A stretch of 64,000 bases of DNA from Botryllus schlosseri (taxonomy: Eukaryota), in assembly GCA_051294905.1 (NCBI GenBank), contig CM119372.1, positions 5,024,001-5,088,000 of the forward strand, written 5' to 3'. Numbering within the stretch: the stretch's first letter is position 1; every line of letters begins with the position of its first letter. The position numbers and the translations under genes are program-made. This document shows positions 12,835-26,473 of this stretch, one piece after another. A model generated the notes under the pieces. That model was given only the letters and a program-made list of their open reading frames with translations, made no database searches and was not told where the DNA came from.

Positions 12835-14114
12835 GACCAGACAATAACTGATTCCAAATTATGGTGTCTGCTGTCAGAATGTTTTGAATATTTCCAAGAC
12901 TTCAAACACACTGACAAAATTTTTTGGAATTCATTTTGTACTGAGGCTGTACTCTGGCTGGTTGATAGGCCTGCTATTTTTATAAGCTTTCTCCTTTACA
13001 TAGAGTACTATTGCCACAGTTCCAATACCACATACTGTACACATGTTCGTTTGTGTATTGAATTCAATGGGTACCTGCATTTGATTTTATGATTGAAATT
13101 GGCATGCTGTTATTGCATTTTCACCCAAAATGTTTCTTTCTTTGTTACTGTCTATTCAGGTCATTTATTATTTGCATTGCCGTTATCGTGATGGTATCTT
13201 CAATACTTGTACAAATTATGTGTCTGCTTTTCTACCTAGCATCCATTATTAACGGAAATAGCTTTTTTCTATAGCTATTCAAAGGCCATGTCACATCTGT
13301 TGCATTAATCAATCAGAAAGCAGCTGCTGGACGTTAATATTGACAATGCTGTCACATATGAGACGTACCTTACCACTAGGAATCGGACATGTTTGGATTA
13401 TTGGACACATTTTTAAAGCTACTAAACATTTCCACTGATTGAAGTCAACTTTTTTGATATTGTCATGTTCCAATGTTGACATTTTTTAATGGATTTGTTG
13501 AAAACTTTTGACATGACTGGTTTGTGCTGAATTTTAACAAGCTCTTTTTGTGGGAATTGTTTGCAGCAAGTTCAGCTGATAATTCGCTAACACTTTTATC
13601 AATATTGTATGTATTGCTTTTAACTCTGTACGCGGCATTAACTACACTAACTACTGTTTGAATGAATTTGAGGCTATTTCCAAACCGGTACCATGGTATA
13701 TGAATATACTGAATGACAAGGAGAGAAGGACTTATCCATATATTGGATTACTAATGTCTTTTACTGGACATAAGCATAATCATTGCAGAAGGTAGCATGT
13801 TTGAGGCCCATTGTCACTGCCGTTCTTCCCAAATGTGTCACCAAATAAACGAGAAGTGTTTTTATGTGCTTCAATTGCAAATTTTTTATTTTGTAGCTAG
13901 TGAATAACTTGAAAATTCGCAGTTTCTCATGTATGTAGCTGGTCCCAGCCAGTGAAGTTGATTATATGTGAAAAATTATTTCATACACAAGTAATCATGG
14001 TAGCATTTTTCACAGTTAGAATTTCGCTCATTGTGTTAATTCGCCACTAACACTTGTTATTCGTTGCTCGATTTAGAATAGTTTCTTAATCAAGTAGAAA
14101 AATATCTCATCGAA

Positions 14115-17100
14115 ATGGCTGGCGACAAACCTACCGACTCGAAGAGTATCGATGTCCGGAAGGACTATATAAATATGTGCTTAGTTGGTGTCGCTGTCAT
14201 ACTTTTGTTTGTGTATGCGAGGATTGTGCAGAACAAGAAGCACTGGATTTACCTGGAGTGTGCCGTAGCTGGCCTTTACGCAGCGGCCAGCACTTTGCTT
14301 GGCAGATGGGTGGGTCTTGTTATTGCATTGGTGTTGAATTGATTTCTTATAAGTGTAACACCGAAGTGAGAAAATGGACAATTTTTTCCACAGATTTGTA
14401 TAAGGACCGGATCACGTCCTGACATATCAATCTTGCCTACTGTCACATGCCACCTCATTTTGTCGCTTGTCTTTTCATATCAACTTATACTTTTCATTCA
14501 GTGTGCATTCCCCTTCTTTACATCGTGTAGGCCCAGGTGGGTGTCTGATTTCAAAGACTACCCCAAGTCGTTTCGACACCTTCCTATCTTTTGATCGTAT
14601 CGCAGTCTTGTGGTGTTTTGAAATGATGAAATTTTAATAATAATAAACTGAAGGAACAGGACTACCTGACAGCAATGGTTGCTTAAATCAGGTGCGCAAG
14701 GCTGAATTCTCGCTGTTACGTAATTAATTGGTCCAAATGCAAATGCACTGTTTAATAATCACCAGAATGTTTTCTTACAGTAGACAATACCGTTTATATT
14801 CTGATTTTTGATGTCATGCAAGATGGGTTGTCAGCAAGTCCTTAACACTGAAATTAACAAATTCAGACATGACTTGAGTCAAGTCGAGTCATGTTAAAAT
14901 TGGAAGTCTAGTGATTGTAAATATAAGCATACTGCACGTGGGGTCGGTTGAACATTTAGTAAATATGGTCATTATATTCGGTACTCTCAAGTCTCAATCT
15001 CGGTAATCTATGCTAATGCTGGGCAGTGTCTTATTAAAGGAATGCATTTCAGTCGAAATTACTGATTTGTTACTGTTAAATGAATCTTTCCCATTTTTTT
15101 GTTGCTTCATGTGGTTTATAATAACTTGAAATATATTTTCAGGTTGGTGAAACCGGTTCCATTGCAGTCTATTTTATTCGACTTCGAGCTGCAGCTTTCG
15201 TTTCCCATGCCATGGCCACGTACTTCACTGAACACACATCAGATAAAACAGTGCCGATCGCAGTGTCTATTTCCAGCCTACTGGTGAGCTCTTCGCACAT
15301 CGTATTGATATTTTATTCAACCATCACAATATTTCCCATTTCTCTGTTCCTTAGATGAGATCTTCCTACGTCATTGCATTGGAATGTGGGTTATATTTGG
15401 ACAAATTCGGGACGGTATGAGTTCTGAAAATTCCCAGATCTTGGTATAGTAAAATTCATTTTTTCCTGTACAGTCGAAGGGAATTGTTTGCTGGGAAGCT
15501 GCGATTGTGTTTCTCCTTGCCCTTGGAGATCTGTACCATGTTCTCGCGTCGAAGACAAGAATCTACTCTCACCGCACCGTGGGCGATCCAATCAGCTTTC
15601 ATGTTTCGATTGATGCGATTGTGTCATTCTGTTTTGGGATTTTCGTACTTGGTTTCCCCGATGTTCTGCTGAAGGCCATTGTAAGTATTTACATCTTGAC
15701 CATTGTTAAGTAGGTCTAGGTCAGGAGTGTCAAACATACGGGCCATGAAGCAATGCTTAGTATATGAAAAAATGCTTGTATTATCCATCTCATTACCATC
15801 ATAACTCGAGGTTTTTAGTAAGGAGCTTTTCCATGTAAATAATACTTGAAGACGGCTAATGTGGAAAATGTTTGTGTGCCACATTAGAACAGTCCGAGGA
15901 CAATGTTGGTTTTCATTCTGATCACCATCAGTCACAAAAATGTAACATAGACACAATATTCCAAGAATGTAAAGAAGTACACATCCGGTTTTAAGTGTTC
16001 TGGAAAACTGGCCAAAAGTTCTATGGAGGCGAAAATACCGAAACCGTTGTATGCAAGTTAGCAGTATTCAAATAATATGCAGATATCTACAGTCAGCAGC
16101 ATTTCCCTGATACAGAAAATCGTTTACAATACAATTATGTGATCACCTGCTCACCACATTCGCGAGTGTACGGTGTAGAGTAGACGCTCTTTCAAGACAG
16201 CATTATTTAATGGTATATTCATATGTTCGGCGGACACTCGTCAGGGGTAATCATTAGGGCTGGGCAAAATGATTCGAGTACTCGAATCTGAATCGAGTAG
16301 TAATTCTAATGATTCGAGTCGAGTAGTAAAAGACGATTTTTTCGAGTACTGAAATTATACGGTCCTCGCAACTGAAAGTTAATTTACTGACGAGAATTAT
16401 AGTTTTGATACTATTTTCCACTGAGGAAGCCGTGAAACCTTGATTGGCCGTGTTTCAGCATACCAGGCACGGTACAAAGCTACGAACGTTACAGGAAATA
16501 GCACATTTTCGAGGTCATTATCATCCAAAAAAAATGTTAAGAAGTGCTATGACATCGGTATGGTCGAAAATATACCAAAGCATCATTAATGTGATGGATA
16601 ACAGGCATTACGTTCTTTGTGGTGGCATAAAAGGTTCATATTTGGACTTCGACATAGTACATCCTGTTGTGACGTCATAATAAGTGATACTCGATTACTC
16701 GACTCGACTCGAAGCATATTACGTGATTCAGAATCGAATCACTCAGGTACTCGATTTTGCCCAGCCCTAGTAATCATCAGCAACTGGTAGAAAATTGGAA
16801 AGAACACTGTATACGGTAACAACAATCTTATCGGGTTCATTTTCATATGAATATACTATTCAAGTGTATATTGAAGTCCTGTACCTCCAAGAAGCTCTAC
16901 AGCAGTGGTTGTCAAACCTTTTTAGACACGCCCCTCCTTTATGATAGCGAAAAATTCCTCGCTCCCCTTATCGTCATATCACAAAACGCTACCAGGATGC
17001 TCGCAATCCCAACGAATGGTGGCATGGAAGGTTATGACTGTTGATGAGAGAATTCTCAAATATGAAATTTGGACCGTGCACGAAGCAATAACCATGAATT

Positions 17101-18638
17101 GGAGATGTTATTTTCAGCTGACCGCAGCTTCGCGCCCCTAATCAGATGCTTTCACCCCCCCCCCCCCAGTTTGAGAACCACTGCTCTACAGCATTATTTG
17201 TTTAATAGTATTAGGCCTATTTCTGTTATTAGAATATGTTTAAAATATGGTTGTTTCATATAGTCCTATTCAAATCGCTTGTGACTCAATTTTTGCCCGT
17301 CCCTGAATGCATATTCATCACCGTCTAATTGAGAATGTTTATTCAGACTTCGAACTCGGCGAATGATACTCATCTGATAATTGTTCAATTGTGGGGCATC
17401 ACACTTCTATCCGGTGCTCTCTTGTCGTTCGCTTCACTTTGCTATAGAAACGATGAAGACGCTCTCGGCACATTGAAAGCGAAGCTTATTGTAAGAACAA
17501 ATTTTAATTTTCTCACTAATATCACCATTCACCATACTGTATTTTGGGTTTGCTCAAACTGACTTCTATAGTATTACTATATTCTTGCAATTGCTCATAA
17601 ACGCCTATCTTATTTCAAAATTGACGTGACCATGTCATGAAACATGAAACACTCGCACCTGATATTTTGTGCGAATTGCTCTGGCTTTCTAGACTACGAT
17701 TTTGTAATGTGATGTGATATTGGTACCATACATTTCATTATCTTGCAACAAAAATCGAGCATGCATTCCTCCGACTTGATAGGCTATATACACCACTAAC
17801 ACCAGGGTTGTAAAGACTGGAGTCACGATTTTTTGGTGACGATTTTTCAAATGCGTGAAATGACTTGAATCGAGTCATTGTGCATGCCTTGAACCAAGTC
17901 ATATGACTCGAGACCAGGACGGCCAAGACAGACGTTTTCATTGTAACTTCGAAGAATAGTAAAGTTACCACATTATTGGTGTTTCGTCTATCAGTCCTGA
18001 CACTTTGAGAATAGGGCCAGAAAATGTTAAAACTGAGGATAATTACGATATTATGAATGTGAGCCATTCTATATCACTCGAGCAGAATTGAAACAAGTGG
18101 GTTGAACCGGATTGATCTGAAAACTGAATAGTGAACATAATGACTTAGACTCGAGTCAAAACCATGAAAGTGAGATTGACGGAAAGTTGTGACTTGGTTA
18201 CAACTCTGTGTAATCCCCTATTGTAATGGGTTAATTTAACCATAGAAATCATTCTCCGATAAATTTTTAACCCGCTTATCAGGAAAACACATGCCAATAA
18301 AGTGTTCATTGTATGAATATCATTATGTTATACCGGCCGGCAATATCAAATCATCAATCTCAGCCTCTCATTCATTATATGTCATTGTCTTTAAAGGATT
18401 GTTTGTTGCCTGTATTTATGATGCATTGCTGTTCGCCTATGAATCATGATGGTTGATTCATGCTGTCACATTCTTTGTTTTTCAGGTCTATCTGACTGCT
18501 GAAGTGCTCGCTATCACTCACCTTATTGTTGATAGTAGTTTCCGTACCTACTGGCATTGCGGTATCATGGTCGGCTTGATGGGCGGGTTGGCGTGGAACG
18601 CCGGACACGTTGTTTACCAGCATGAGAAATATGAATGA
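14115..18638 (+). CDS. Multi-pass membrane protein, paralogue B (~299 aa)
   Basis: Exons 14115-14309 (donor GTGGGT, least certain boundary), 15143-15283, 15355-15414, 15474-15680, 17347-17490, 18486-18638; phase 0. Motifs GDLYH, TVGDPIS, GFPDVLL, LWGITLLSGALLSFASLCYR. Confidence 0.86.
16255..16769. mobile_element. hAT (Ac-type) MITE family 'tagggctgggca', copy 1, inserted in a foldback element
   Basis: TIR tagggctgggcaaaat / attttgcccagcccta; perfect TSD gtaatcat. Confidence 0.9.
16903..17183. mobile_element. hAT-like MITE family 'cagtggttctcaaac'; partial copies at ~31972-32230 and ~46900-47190
   Basis: TIR cagtggttgtcaaac / gtttgagaaccactg; perfect TSD ctctacag. Confidence 0.88.
17803..18208. 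mobile_element. Second copy of the 10980-11534 MITE family
   Basis: Colinear similarity (e.g. ttttcattgtaacttcgaagaatagtaaagt); termini cagggttgtaa / ttacaactctg; TSD not preserved. Confidence 0.82.
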
Positions 18639-18699
18639 GACTGAGTTGCTTTATAAAATTTTCGCCATATGCTTTTGTGTAACTTTGTGTATTCCCTAA

Positions 18700-19492
18700 T
18701 CTAGATTGTGGTGGATTTTATAAGCTGTTTCGAGTACATACGCAAATTGACATTTTGTTTTTATACTTCAATGATTTGTCATTTCCAATTGAGCTTTGTG
18801 TAATTTTTCATGTAGATTATGGTGAATTTTTTATGCTGTTCCTTGTCTATGAGCCAGCAGTTATGAAGTAGTCTGGTACTGGTATGTTACGTATACCTGA
18901 ATGCACAGTTTCATCGTACCGTTTTGCTGTCCATTTACAGTTACAATCATCATGGCTTTGGCAGCTTCAGTTATAAAAATTGTGTATTCTCTGATGTAAA
19001 TTGGGGTGGATTTTGTAAGGTAGAACACTATACAATGAAATTAGCATTTTATGTTTTATACTTCAATGCTTGTCATGTATCTTTTGCTGATTGAATTTTG
19101 TTTAATTTGTCATGTAGACTTCGGTGAATTTTATGTGCTGTTACTTGTACATGAGCAAGCAATTATGAAATATGTTACTTATGCGTGAAGACCGTCTTGG
19201 AGGTACAGAACTTCAATATACAATTGAAAAATATATTTCCATATTGAAATACACCAATTGTTCAGGGTGATCGTCAGAAACTAGTAGAGAATGATCTTTC
19301 CAATTCTCTACTAGTGGCTGACGATTATCCCTGACGAGTGTCAGCCGAAAACATTCGGGTTTATTTCAGTATGAATACATTATTCACTTGAAGTCGTATG
19401 TATAGTTTCATCGTGCCGTTTCGTTGTCCATTTACAGTTCCAATCATGGTTTTGGCACTTTTCTTCAGTTATTAAAAATTGTGTATTTTTGT
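18700..19492 (+). repeat. Diverged ~290-bp tandem duplication between paralogues B and C; second unit interrupted by a foldback element
   Basis: Colinear pairs: ggtggatttt (~18710/~19005), ttttatacttcaatg (~18759/~19055), agtttcatcgt (~18907/~19404), cagttataaaaattgtgtatt (~18968) vs cagttattaaaaattgtgtatt (~19466). Confidence 0.85.
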
Positions 19493-19626
19493 AGAGGGAT
19501 AAGTAGACGACTTCTTATATTCGCTAAAATGGCGCTTGTAGGAATCTGTTGCACTGATTGTAATCCGACGCTTTTATATTGTCTATTTAGATATTACTTG
19601 AATTGTAGAATAGGTCAGCAGTGAAA

Positions 19627-22600
19627 ATGGTGGAACTGAACGAGAACAATGTTACCCTGATCGTCGCAGCGTCTGTACTTGGACTCGTTGGGTACTTGCA
19701 AATCGTCAGACGTAGACAACATGTAGCCGTGATGGAGCTGGCTTTGGCTGTTGGCTTTGTTTTCTTCCTGATTCCAAAAGGAGCATTTTTCAGCTACGTC
19801 AGTATCTGATATTCCGTTTGTGTGGAACCATTGTGATTGTGTGAGATTTTAGGTCAATGCACGCGACGGGACAGCACCCAATACGGTGCTGCAGCTTATC
19901 GTCGCATGTCTCGTGTCTCACTGCGCTTGTCTGCACTTCACGAAGTATACAGAGAATCTGGAGGTTTCTCTTTGCACAACTGTAACCAATATTTTGGTGA
20001 GTAGGGTTGCTGCAGTACTATGTTTCGATGACTTTTAGGCTTCTGACGGTTTCTCTGTAAGGTAAAAGAGCTATCTTGAAAATTCTTCCTGGGATACAGC
20101 CAGATGCGGTAAAAGTCGGCGGCGTTCCAACGCGACTAGAAATAATGCCCCAAAATTTTACTCAGTTACATGTAGAAGTTGCTACTTAGCAATTCCCAAT
20201 ACCCGTGAAAACTAATTCATGGGAGAGCAGAAAAAAGGTGTGTAAACTGAGTGGTATTAAATGTGGATTTGGTGGGGGTCCTAATGCACCATCCACCATA
20301 TATGTATATATGTTAGTCCGCCTTTCATTTGTCAGCTGTTTTATGTTTTATTTAAGCTTATAATCGGTTTTGGTTGATTTTTTTTGTGAAGACACGTAAT
20401 TCTGGTATGATCAGACATACCTGAAACTGACTAATACTTTTGTCATAAGTTATTGATGACTTGGTAATCTCATTGTTTCAAAATTTAGTGATGGTTTTAC
20501 TATAAGCTAATGTGAAAAGGTGTGGACGAGACTCAAAACAATTCAGTTTAGTGACAATTAGGTCCATGGCGTTCATTTGAGGAACAAAAAGTTCAGTCGG
20601 GGTCAAAATTATTCTGTCACATGAATGATTTGTCACTTGCACGATTACAAGGACACTTTTCAATGTATCACTCAAATGATTGAAGCGACACTTTTCAAAT
20701 GGGAAATGAGCTGATACTCTGGTGGTTTGTCACTCAGTTGATATAAAACTGTCAATAGTATATCTATTCCATGGTGTTGTAACTAAAATTTACAGTTGTA
20801 CCGGTGTAGAACTAGGCCATGACCTGTGTAGAAGGTTGAGCTGATTGGATTTAGGGCAAGTTTTTGCAACGTTTTTTTTACAGCTTCCGGTAGCTTCCTA
20901 AATACTCGTAAGATATGTAGAATGCTGTTGAGCTGTTTGAAGGAATCTTATAGTGCAACTTTTGTCCATATTTTTCATGCAACTTTTTCGATTTTTCATG
21001 AAAGTATTTTCGATTTTGGTGAAATACACGGCCAAATTCGACTGAAACACCGTGAATCAGGACCGAAGTAACGCTTTTACGGGAGCTGAGCCTGAAAATT
21101 GACCGTTTTTTTTTAATCAACCGAGCAAAATGTGGTCAAAATGCAACTTCTGCAACTTTTTTCGAAAATAAATAAATAAATGCAACTTTCCACGGATTTA
21201 ACTGCAACAAAAACTTGCCCTAGATATCATTCATTGATAGCAATTGGCCACCTACGTCATTAACCTATGTTATGTTTATCTTATGTACCTAACGATGTTG
21301 CTTTTCATACCGTATTACAGACTCGAAGTTCTCTTGCTCTATGCTCTGTTCAAGGGATGATCTATGTGAAATCGTTGTCAAATGTAGGTGAAAGTCAATT
21401 TTCTGTTGACATGTCCTTGTTGAACTATTGCAATTGAATAATTCTGTTACTGGCTCTTTTCCAGGTCTGGTGTCTAGTGTCGTTGGCGGTACTGATCCCT
21501 TTGATCATTGGGGATCTCTTTCATGTGTTTCACATGAAAATCAAATATTCCGGTACTGTCGGAGATCCCATCAGCTGGTACTTGACAAACGATGCCATGC
21601 TGACGTTCGTCTTGGGAATGCTCGTGCTGACGTTTCCGAATATCTTTGGAAAGAAACCGGTGAGTTTGAAATTTTCGTATCGTTCAAAATGTTGAGTAAA
21701 ATTGATGGCTATACCGTTGGTCTCGTAACACAGAGGTCGTGGGTAAAATCCTCCCCGATGTCCTTCTCAATCCAGCCCCTGGTGGGCCTACCTGGCCTGG
21801 TTGTTTTGAGTAAAAGTAATGCAAACCTATCCCCAAACTACGTTCTACTTTGCAATAGTTGTAATGCAAAAAATCTGGTAGTTTTTCTTCTTCATTTTGA
21901 CCTGGCCTGTCCCAAGCCCGAATACATGAACAGTAGTAGGGGTCTTTAAAAATAAAATTTGAGAATTTTCTGTTCACCCCATGAAAGTGTTAGGTTGTCT
22001 ATAGAAACGATGTTCACCAAATTTGGTTCAATTCCAACCAGTGGAAACGGAGTTATTGCCGTTGAAAAATTTGAATTTGAATAAAATAGTATTTACGGTG
22101 GGCCCCACTATAATAAATAATTGAAGAATCGGTCAACGACTCACCATAAATACTATTTTATTCATAATCCACTTTCATGGGGTGAACAGAAAATTTTCAA
22201 ATTTTTTGTCATTTATTTTTATAGAATAAATAGAAACTTTCTTCTCCTGTAGCAATGCGGCTACAGGTTGGAATTGAACCAAATTTGGGGTGCAGGCTTA
22301 AATTAGGTAACCTAACAATTTTATCGAGTAGCCAGTACGATTTGAGAGGAAAAGTCATTTTTGAAGACCCCTAATGAACAGTGTTGTGGCAAGAAAGGCA
22401 CTTGGCCTTGAACTTCATAAACTTCACTGATGCAGCCTCTTCATTTTTTATTCATTTTCTGATTAGAGTCTCTTACTTGGTAACATGCTGACATTGGTAA
22501 AGCGGCTGTTCTAGTTTGACTTTTGCGTTTTCGCAAAGGACGAAGCAACGAAGCTGTTTGTGAAAGGTCTCGGCTTCATCATTATCTGTCATGGCCTTCT

Positions 22601-23031
22601 ATCGTTAAGCGGTGTCTGCTTCAGAGATGAACAGGACGCAACGTCTCTCCTGAAGTCCAAAGTGCTGGTGAGTCAATTCAATATGAGACAATATTGAATG
22701 AGTATTATTGTTAGAATTTTCTGCCTGGTTCTTACATATAGCCCCATTTGTCACGAAGACCACAGCTCTGCATTCAAAGCTTTCCTGTCATCCTGTTTAT
22801 CCTGTGACTACAAATCATTATATCATATTTTCTGTTGCTCAGCTCCAATATTTGCCACATTTTAAATATGACATTTTTCAGATGTATGTCCTTTGGTGTG
22901 CCGCTGGTGCTTCAAGCTACGTTACCGATAGCGCATTTTGGACTGAAAGTCACCCTTACTGTCTCGTCTTTATCTCCGGAATGCTCTTGTATAATGCTAT
23001 TCATATATTTATCGATAAGGCAACTTCGTAG
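19627..23031 (+). CDS. Multi-pass membrane protein, paralogue C (283 aa)
   Basis: Exons 19627-19797, 19853-19996, 21321-21383, 21465-21659, 22539-22667, 22882-23031; phase 0. Motifs YLQI, GDLFH, TVGDPIS, TFPNIF, LLSLSGVCFR. AATAAA at 23804-23809. Confidence 0.87.
20852..21222. mobile_element. MITE family 'tagggcaagtttttg', copy 1
   Basis: TIR tagggcaagttttt / aaaaacttgcccta; reverse-complement match to 41549-41812. Confidence 0.85.
21705..22410 (+). mobile_element. Degenerate tRNA-like SINE split by a MITE
   Basis: Head gttggtctcgtaacacagaggtcgtggg; tail gcctgtcccaagcccg resumes after the insertion; boundaries approximate. Confidence 0.5.
21937..22373. mobile_element. hAT-like MITE
   Basis: TIR taggggtctt / aagaccccta; 8-bp repeat atgaacag at 21926-21933 and 22374-22381, with 3 extra nt on the left; internal inverted segments. 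Confidence 0.75.
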
Positions 23032-24042
23032 AAGTATTGGTACGATTGTGCAATGTGTAGCCTGTATATGCCTGGAAGTAATTATATTTGTGTGTTTTGA
23101 TGTGTTAGATTCACTCCATTGCCTCTCCGTAACCTTTTATTCATATGCATTTTTACTATGAGTGTATTGCATACTCTATTATAATCATTTTGAAAGCCGG
23201 TTGAAGCAGATCTCTCTTCAGTGTTGATTCACTATGTCACCATCAAGTGAAATTAAGACTATTTTCCTTAATTTGACAAGCTTATATTCTTTTATGGTAG
23301 ATTTCTTCAAACTGCTACTCACATATTTAATATTCAATTACAGTGCGGTCACCTTGGAGCTTATTTTCTATGTTTACTTTTAGGACATATTCTGTAAATA
23401 TGATAGCCACAGTGTTTGCTACCCACATTTTGTAGTGACATGACAATAACCATGAATAACATGAAATCAATCATCAGATCAACTTCAAATTCCTCAGAAC
23501 CCTGATGTCATCTTCAATTAGTTATTGTCAACTTCTTCTGAGTCGGTATTGCGCTTGTCACCTACAACCTGTGTTGATGTGTAGTTAGACGATTCAATGC
23601 TTGATATTTATTATATTTGTTTGCCCATCATTCGTTCAATTGAAAAGCTTTTTTGGTATCCTTGAAGCAATTGTCGTTGATAGTGTTACCGTATGCATGC
23701 AATAATCCTGTGCCTTTCTTTTACTGCACTTCATCAAGTTTTAGTTAAAATAAGCCTGTTTTATTTGCCGTCTAACAATAATCATTCTTTCAGTGTAACG
23801 TGGAATAAAAACTTGCTCGTTTTTTGACTTGTGTAATGGGTTGTTTATGTGATTAATGTTAGTCTTTTCGTGTAGCACATTGTACTGTCATTTATCTTAT
23901 ATATTCATTGTATCATGTTTTGTCACTGTCGCATTGGTACTGATGCTTTGCCTGTTATGTTAATCATGGTCCTTCTTCATAATCTTTATGTATTTAGTTT
24001 AGATCTTTTTTACTTTAATGAGCAGTGACTAAATCTACCAGA

Positions 24043-26028
24043 ATGGATGCATTATTCGAGGTATTGAGCACATATCCCAGTTTAGTTTACGCCAGTGCTG
24101 GGTTGGCGTTGTTGCTTTACTTGTCTGTCCTCGCCAATGAAACGCGTTGGTGTAAATTTGAAGTGCTTTTAGGGATCTCCTATGTGTTTTCTCTGCCATT
24201 CTCGGGACATCTGCTTCGAATATGGGTGAGTGATGTCATATGCTTCATGGTTGTAGTCGTCTATTCAACTTGTTGCACTTCTAAAATATGACAGAAGGTT
24301 CTTAATTCACAAGATACACGAGCCATGTAAGGGTAGGCTTGCCTTACACAATTTTAAGGCTTGTGTCTTATCCACTCATGTCACATTTTGATTCGTCGAA
24401 ACTCCACCAGAACTTACATCTGAACTAGAGCATACCCTGAATAATTTTCAGTATAAATTTAAGAGCAATCGTCTGTTGTAATCACATAACATGAAATTTG
24501 TTTGTGGTATTTGTGGCATATGACATTATTACTATTTCAGTTGGACGGCAAGGATGGTGATGATGCTGCAAAATTTGTGTTTGCCTTAATACTGCTGGGC
24601 ATGACATGTTTAGCTTATCAAATACACTGGACGAAATCTACACGAGATCCAGTGGTGATAGCATCTCTCCATATCACTTGCATCCTCGTAAGGAGTCTGA
24701 ATTTGTCATCTACTATGTTTCCTTTCATACTTCTGCATTTTTCAGTCTAGAGTTGGACTTTTATTTGCTGCTGTTAAAGCAATGCTATTTTCAAGCGGAT
24801 TTTCTCGGGTCAGTATAAGCATTATTTCAAGTTATCGCCGTGAAATAGATCGGCTGACTACTTATTATTACTGCAGGATGCATTAATGGGGGACTGCGTA
24901 TTCATGGCACTGCTGATCTCAGGAAATATGTGTCATCTTAAAAAAGTATCAACAAAAGATGGTGGTTTGAGGATGACAGGATGCGTTCGGAAATATGTTG
25001 TCAGCGATGCGGTGCTATGCTTTCTGATTGGACTTGTTTTAGTCGGATTCTCAGACATTGTAGCCGACATTTCTGTAAGTGTTGAATGTCATAAATGTAG
25101 AAGATTCTCCGTGTAGCTTACAATTGGCTAGTCCTGTATTTGTGCTAATCAATTTTGGATATGTAGAAAATGTTAAGTGGCTTGTGTCCGATTAGGTTTG
25201 GATTTTTTTCTGCTACTGTGTGGCTTACTCTTGTTATAATTCACTTTATCTAATCTAGCAGATTATAAATTTATGTAATCTTGGGGTAAACATTAGAGCC
25301 CAACCGATATATTCACCTGTCATATTCGCCTTCGTGGAAGGCTATTACCAGTGTTCGGATCAGGTCACTACCTTCGAGTCACGAGTCATTGCACATTTGG
25401 ACTCGAGTCAAGTCAAGTCAATCGACTTTCAAGGGTGACTCGCGTCTAGTAAAGGTGACTCGAGTCAAGTCAAGTCATATGAAAAAGTTGACTTGAGTCA
25501 TCCCAACACTGGCTATTACTACTGGAAGCTACTGTCACGTGAGAAGTCCCGGTAAGCCAAAACATTGCCGTGTTCACATTATTATGCATAATCAGGTATT
25601 AACTGAAATGGTATATTCAATAGATAACGTTAATTTTTATATTAATAATATATTCAGTAACTTTCTTCATAGGTGAATAAGAAATCTGAAATTCACACGA
25701 TGCTGATCAAATCCTTTGGATTTCAAGTTCTGGCATTTTCCGTGCAGTCATTTGCCTCACTTTGTTATAAAGAAGATCAGGAGATAGCAAAGATCTATCT
25801 GCCCAGACTGTGGGTAAGCTCATTTTATAATGGTATCATTCATGCTAAATATTTAAGAACATTTTTTGAATTCAGATGCTGCTCCCGATTGCGGTTTGCA
25901 TCGCATGGAACGTAAACATTACCAATGCAACAATTTGTGAATATATCTTCCTATGCACTTCAATCGTTTTTATGCTGCAAAACTTACGGATATGCTTCCA
26001 CACACCGTCCACTACTAAGCAAGATTAA
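24043..26028 (+). CDS. Multi-pass membrane protein, paralogue D (294 aa, most divergent)
   Basis: Exons 24043-24225, 24541-24687, 24746-24808, 24877-25074, 25673-25813, 25876-26028; phase 0. Motifs YLSV, TKSTRDP, GNMCH, GFSDIV, SFASLCYK. Confidence 0.87.
25349..25511. mobile_element. Short hAT-like MITE with gactcgagtcaagtc repeats; related copy at ~28530-29080
   Basis: TIR cagtgttcggat / atcccaacactg; perfect TSD gctattac. Confidence 0.85.
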
Positions 26029-26473
26029 TAGTTTATTGTGACCGCTGACCGTCCTTCCTTCCTACACTTCACTACTGTCTCAATTTTAGCTTAAACTGCA
26101 ATTGTGCATCTAATTTCTGTGTTTTCAATACTGGTACCTACACTGTTAATAGATATATTTGTCTTGAAATCTTGCGGTATAAAATACATGGTGTGAATTA
26201 TGCAAACTCCTGTGTGGGGTCATTTCATCCATTTGGGTCAACGACATGTGCGTGGTATAATTGGGCCATTTTTTTACCTATAAAGGCAAGGTTTTGACCT
26301 GAAAAATCGAAATTTTTACATTTTTGGCCTTGTGTATGTGATTAAGTTGTTTTCCCACATAATGTTAGAATTGTATATTGTAATTGAAATGAACCTGAAT
26401 ATTTTCGGCTGACACTCGTCAGGGTTAGGTAATCGTCAGCAACTAGTTGAGAATTCGAAAGAACGTCGTATAC

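Noticed and set aside
8255..26028. Array proteins as GPCRs or chemoreceptors
   Set aside because: No DRY/NPxxY-type motifs, about nine hydrophobic segments and an internal two-fold repeat do not fit a 7-TM receptor.
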